From the NCBI GenBank assembly GCA_041669965.1, contig JBAYAD010000001.1:1-40828 (forward strand): 40,828 nucleotides of DNA, written 5' to 3'. A program made the position numbers and the translations under genes. Below are positions 40,217 to 40,828 of this stretch, one piece after another. Within the stretch, counting starts at the first letter, position 1; the number at the start of each line of letters is the position of its first letter. The DNA comes from Selenomonadaceae bacterium. Its GTDB lineage: Bacteria; Bacillota; Negativicutes; Selenomonadales; Selenomonadaceae. Under the pieces are notes generated by a model. The model searched no databases. It saw only the letters and a program-made list of their open reading frames with translations, and had not been told where the DNA came from.

Positions 40217-40828
40217 TTATAATTTCCCGATCTTCGCAGCCAGCACCTTGCACTGCGCCAGCTTATCCTTATATCCGTCCCTTTCAACAATCAGTGCCGC
40301 CACCTGAGCAGCCAGCGCCGCCTTTTCTGCCACGATCGCATCGTATGCAGATTTACTCACAGTCTCTGCTGTAGCGGTTTGTGCAGGGGCGGATGCGGCC
40401 GGAGCGGATACCTCCTTCGCATACGTAGCAGATATACTGCACCATCCGGTCTTGCCGCCGTAGGTAGTCTTTCCCCAACTGCCGGATACCTCTGTTACCT
40501 CGATTATAGTATCCTTCGGGATGTCGCCAATATCGGCGGATGATGCGTTTGAGCTTGCCCTCAAATTCATGGTTTCTTTTATTAATTTATAATACTTCAC
40601 TGTGTTTTCCTCCTTCTTTTCTTCGGCATATTCAATCCAAGGGCACTTCCCCCAGCTTGTCCATGGGCGTGACCTTAATGAGGTTTTCACCACGCCATAA
40701 GCAAAGCCTCTAGCCTCAACCACATAACCGTCACCAATATATACGCCAACATGCCCCTTTGAAAATACCAACACACCCGGCATATCCGGCATGGTGCTGA
40801 TAGAGCCATGTTCAGTGCATTTTAATAA
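40217..40828 (-). CDS. Endolysin, C-terminal part: end of the NlpC/P60 domain (His motif), SH3-like domain and coiled-coil tail; ORF open at the right window edge
   Basis: The frame is open to nt 40828 (LLKCTEHGSIST precedes the listed Met). Has SKGHVGVYIGDGYVVEA (catalytic His region), an SH3-like YYKLIKETMNLRASS...GWCSISATY, then an Ala-rich heptad tail. Confidence 0.75.
   Translation of the reverse strand, partial: LLKCTEHGSISTMPDMPGVLVFSKGHVGVYIGDGYVVEARGFAYGVVKTSLRSRPWTSWGKCPWIEYAEEKKEENTVKYYKLIKETMNLRASSNASSADIGDIPKDTIIEVTEVSGSWGKTTYGGKTGWCSISATYAKEVSAPAASAPAQTATAETVSKSAYDAIVAEKAALAAQVAALIVERDGYKDKLAQCKVLAAKIGKL

Noticed and set aside
1-40828. Simple exact circular closure of the window
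   Set aside because: Abutting nt 1 to nt 40828 puts the two endolysin halves out of frame, with an early TGA. So the window is not an exact circle, and at least 2 nt (mod 3) are missing or the ends come from a larger array.
1-40828. CRISPR array, diversity-generating retroelement, retron or stop-codon recoding
   Set aside because: I saw no regularly spaced short repeats, no reverse-transcriptase-like ORF and no template/variable repeat pair near the fibre genes. The long uninterrupted ORFs under the standard code argue against TAG/TGA reassignment.

Overview
The window looks like one almost complete unit (about 40.8 kb) of a temperate contractile-tailed phage of a Firmicutes/Clostridia-type host. 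Support for the host type is the strong GGAGG(CGG) Shine-Dalgarno sites and the YopX, RecU, Xkd-like baseplate and Phage_holin_4_1-type genes. All family calls come from motifs I recognise by eye; no database search was possible.

Nearly all genes are on the minus strand. Read from high to low coordinates the order is:
- a divergent lysogeny switch (about 35.7-35.9 kb)
- an early operon rich in DNA-modification genes, with a HUH Rep initiator (35.6 to 22.2 kb)
- tandem terminators
- ParB-methyltransferase, Nu1/GpA-type terminase, lambda-type portal and a protease-capsid fusion
- sheath, tube, chaperone (with an unannotated -1 frameshift), tape measure and baseplate
- three fibre-like genes with a holin embedded among them
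- an NlpC/P60-SH3 endolysin whose two halves lie at the two ends of the window

The plus strand carries an XRE repressor, a membrane-anchored moron-like gene and a tyrosine integrase. These are followed by an attP-like site, not an attL/attR junction: arm-type repeats flank a 51-nt 3' fragment of tRNA-Lys(UUU).

Most interesting observations:
1. A tightly regulated 3-gene accessory operon lies between attP and the lysin. It has a consensus promoter buried in a 26-bp perfect palindrome and encodes an unknown protein, an RHH protein and a triple zinc-ribbon protein.
2. A C5-cytosine methyltransferase has six tandem target-recognition-like repeats and is translationally coupled to a CxxxCxxC radical-SAM-like protein.
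3. A consensus promoter fires across the attP core and would produce an RNA ending in a tRNA-Lys 3' half.
4. A SNF2-like/methyltransferase gene is frameshifted.
5. A small HUH Rep gene has a candidate counter-transcript sRNA and an origin-like hairpin upstream.

No CRISPR array, reverse transcriptase/DGR, intact tRNA or rRNA was seen.
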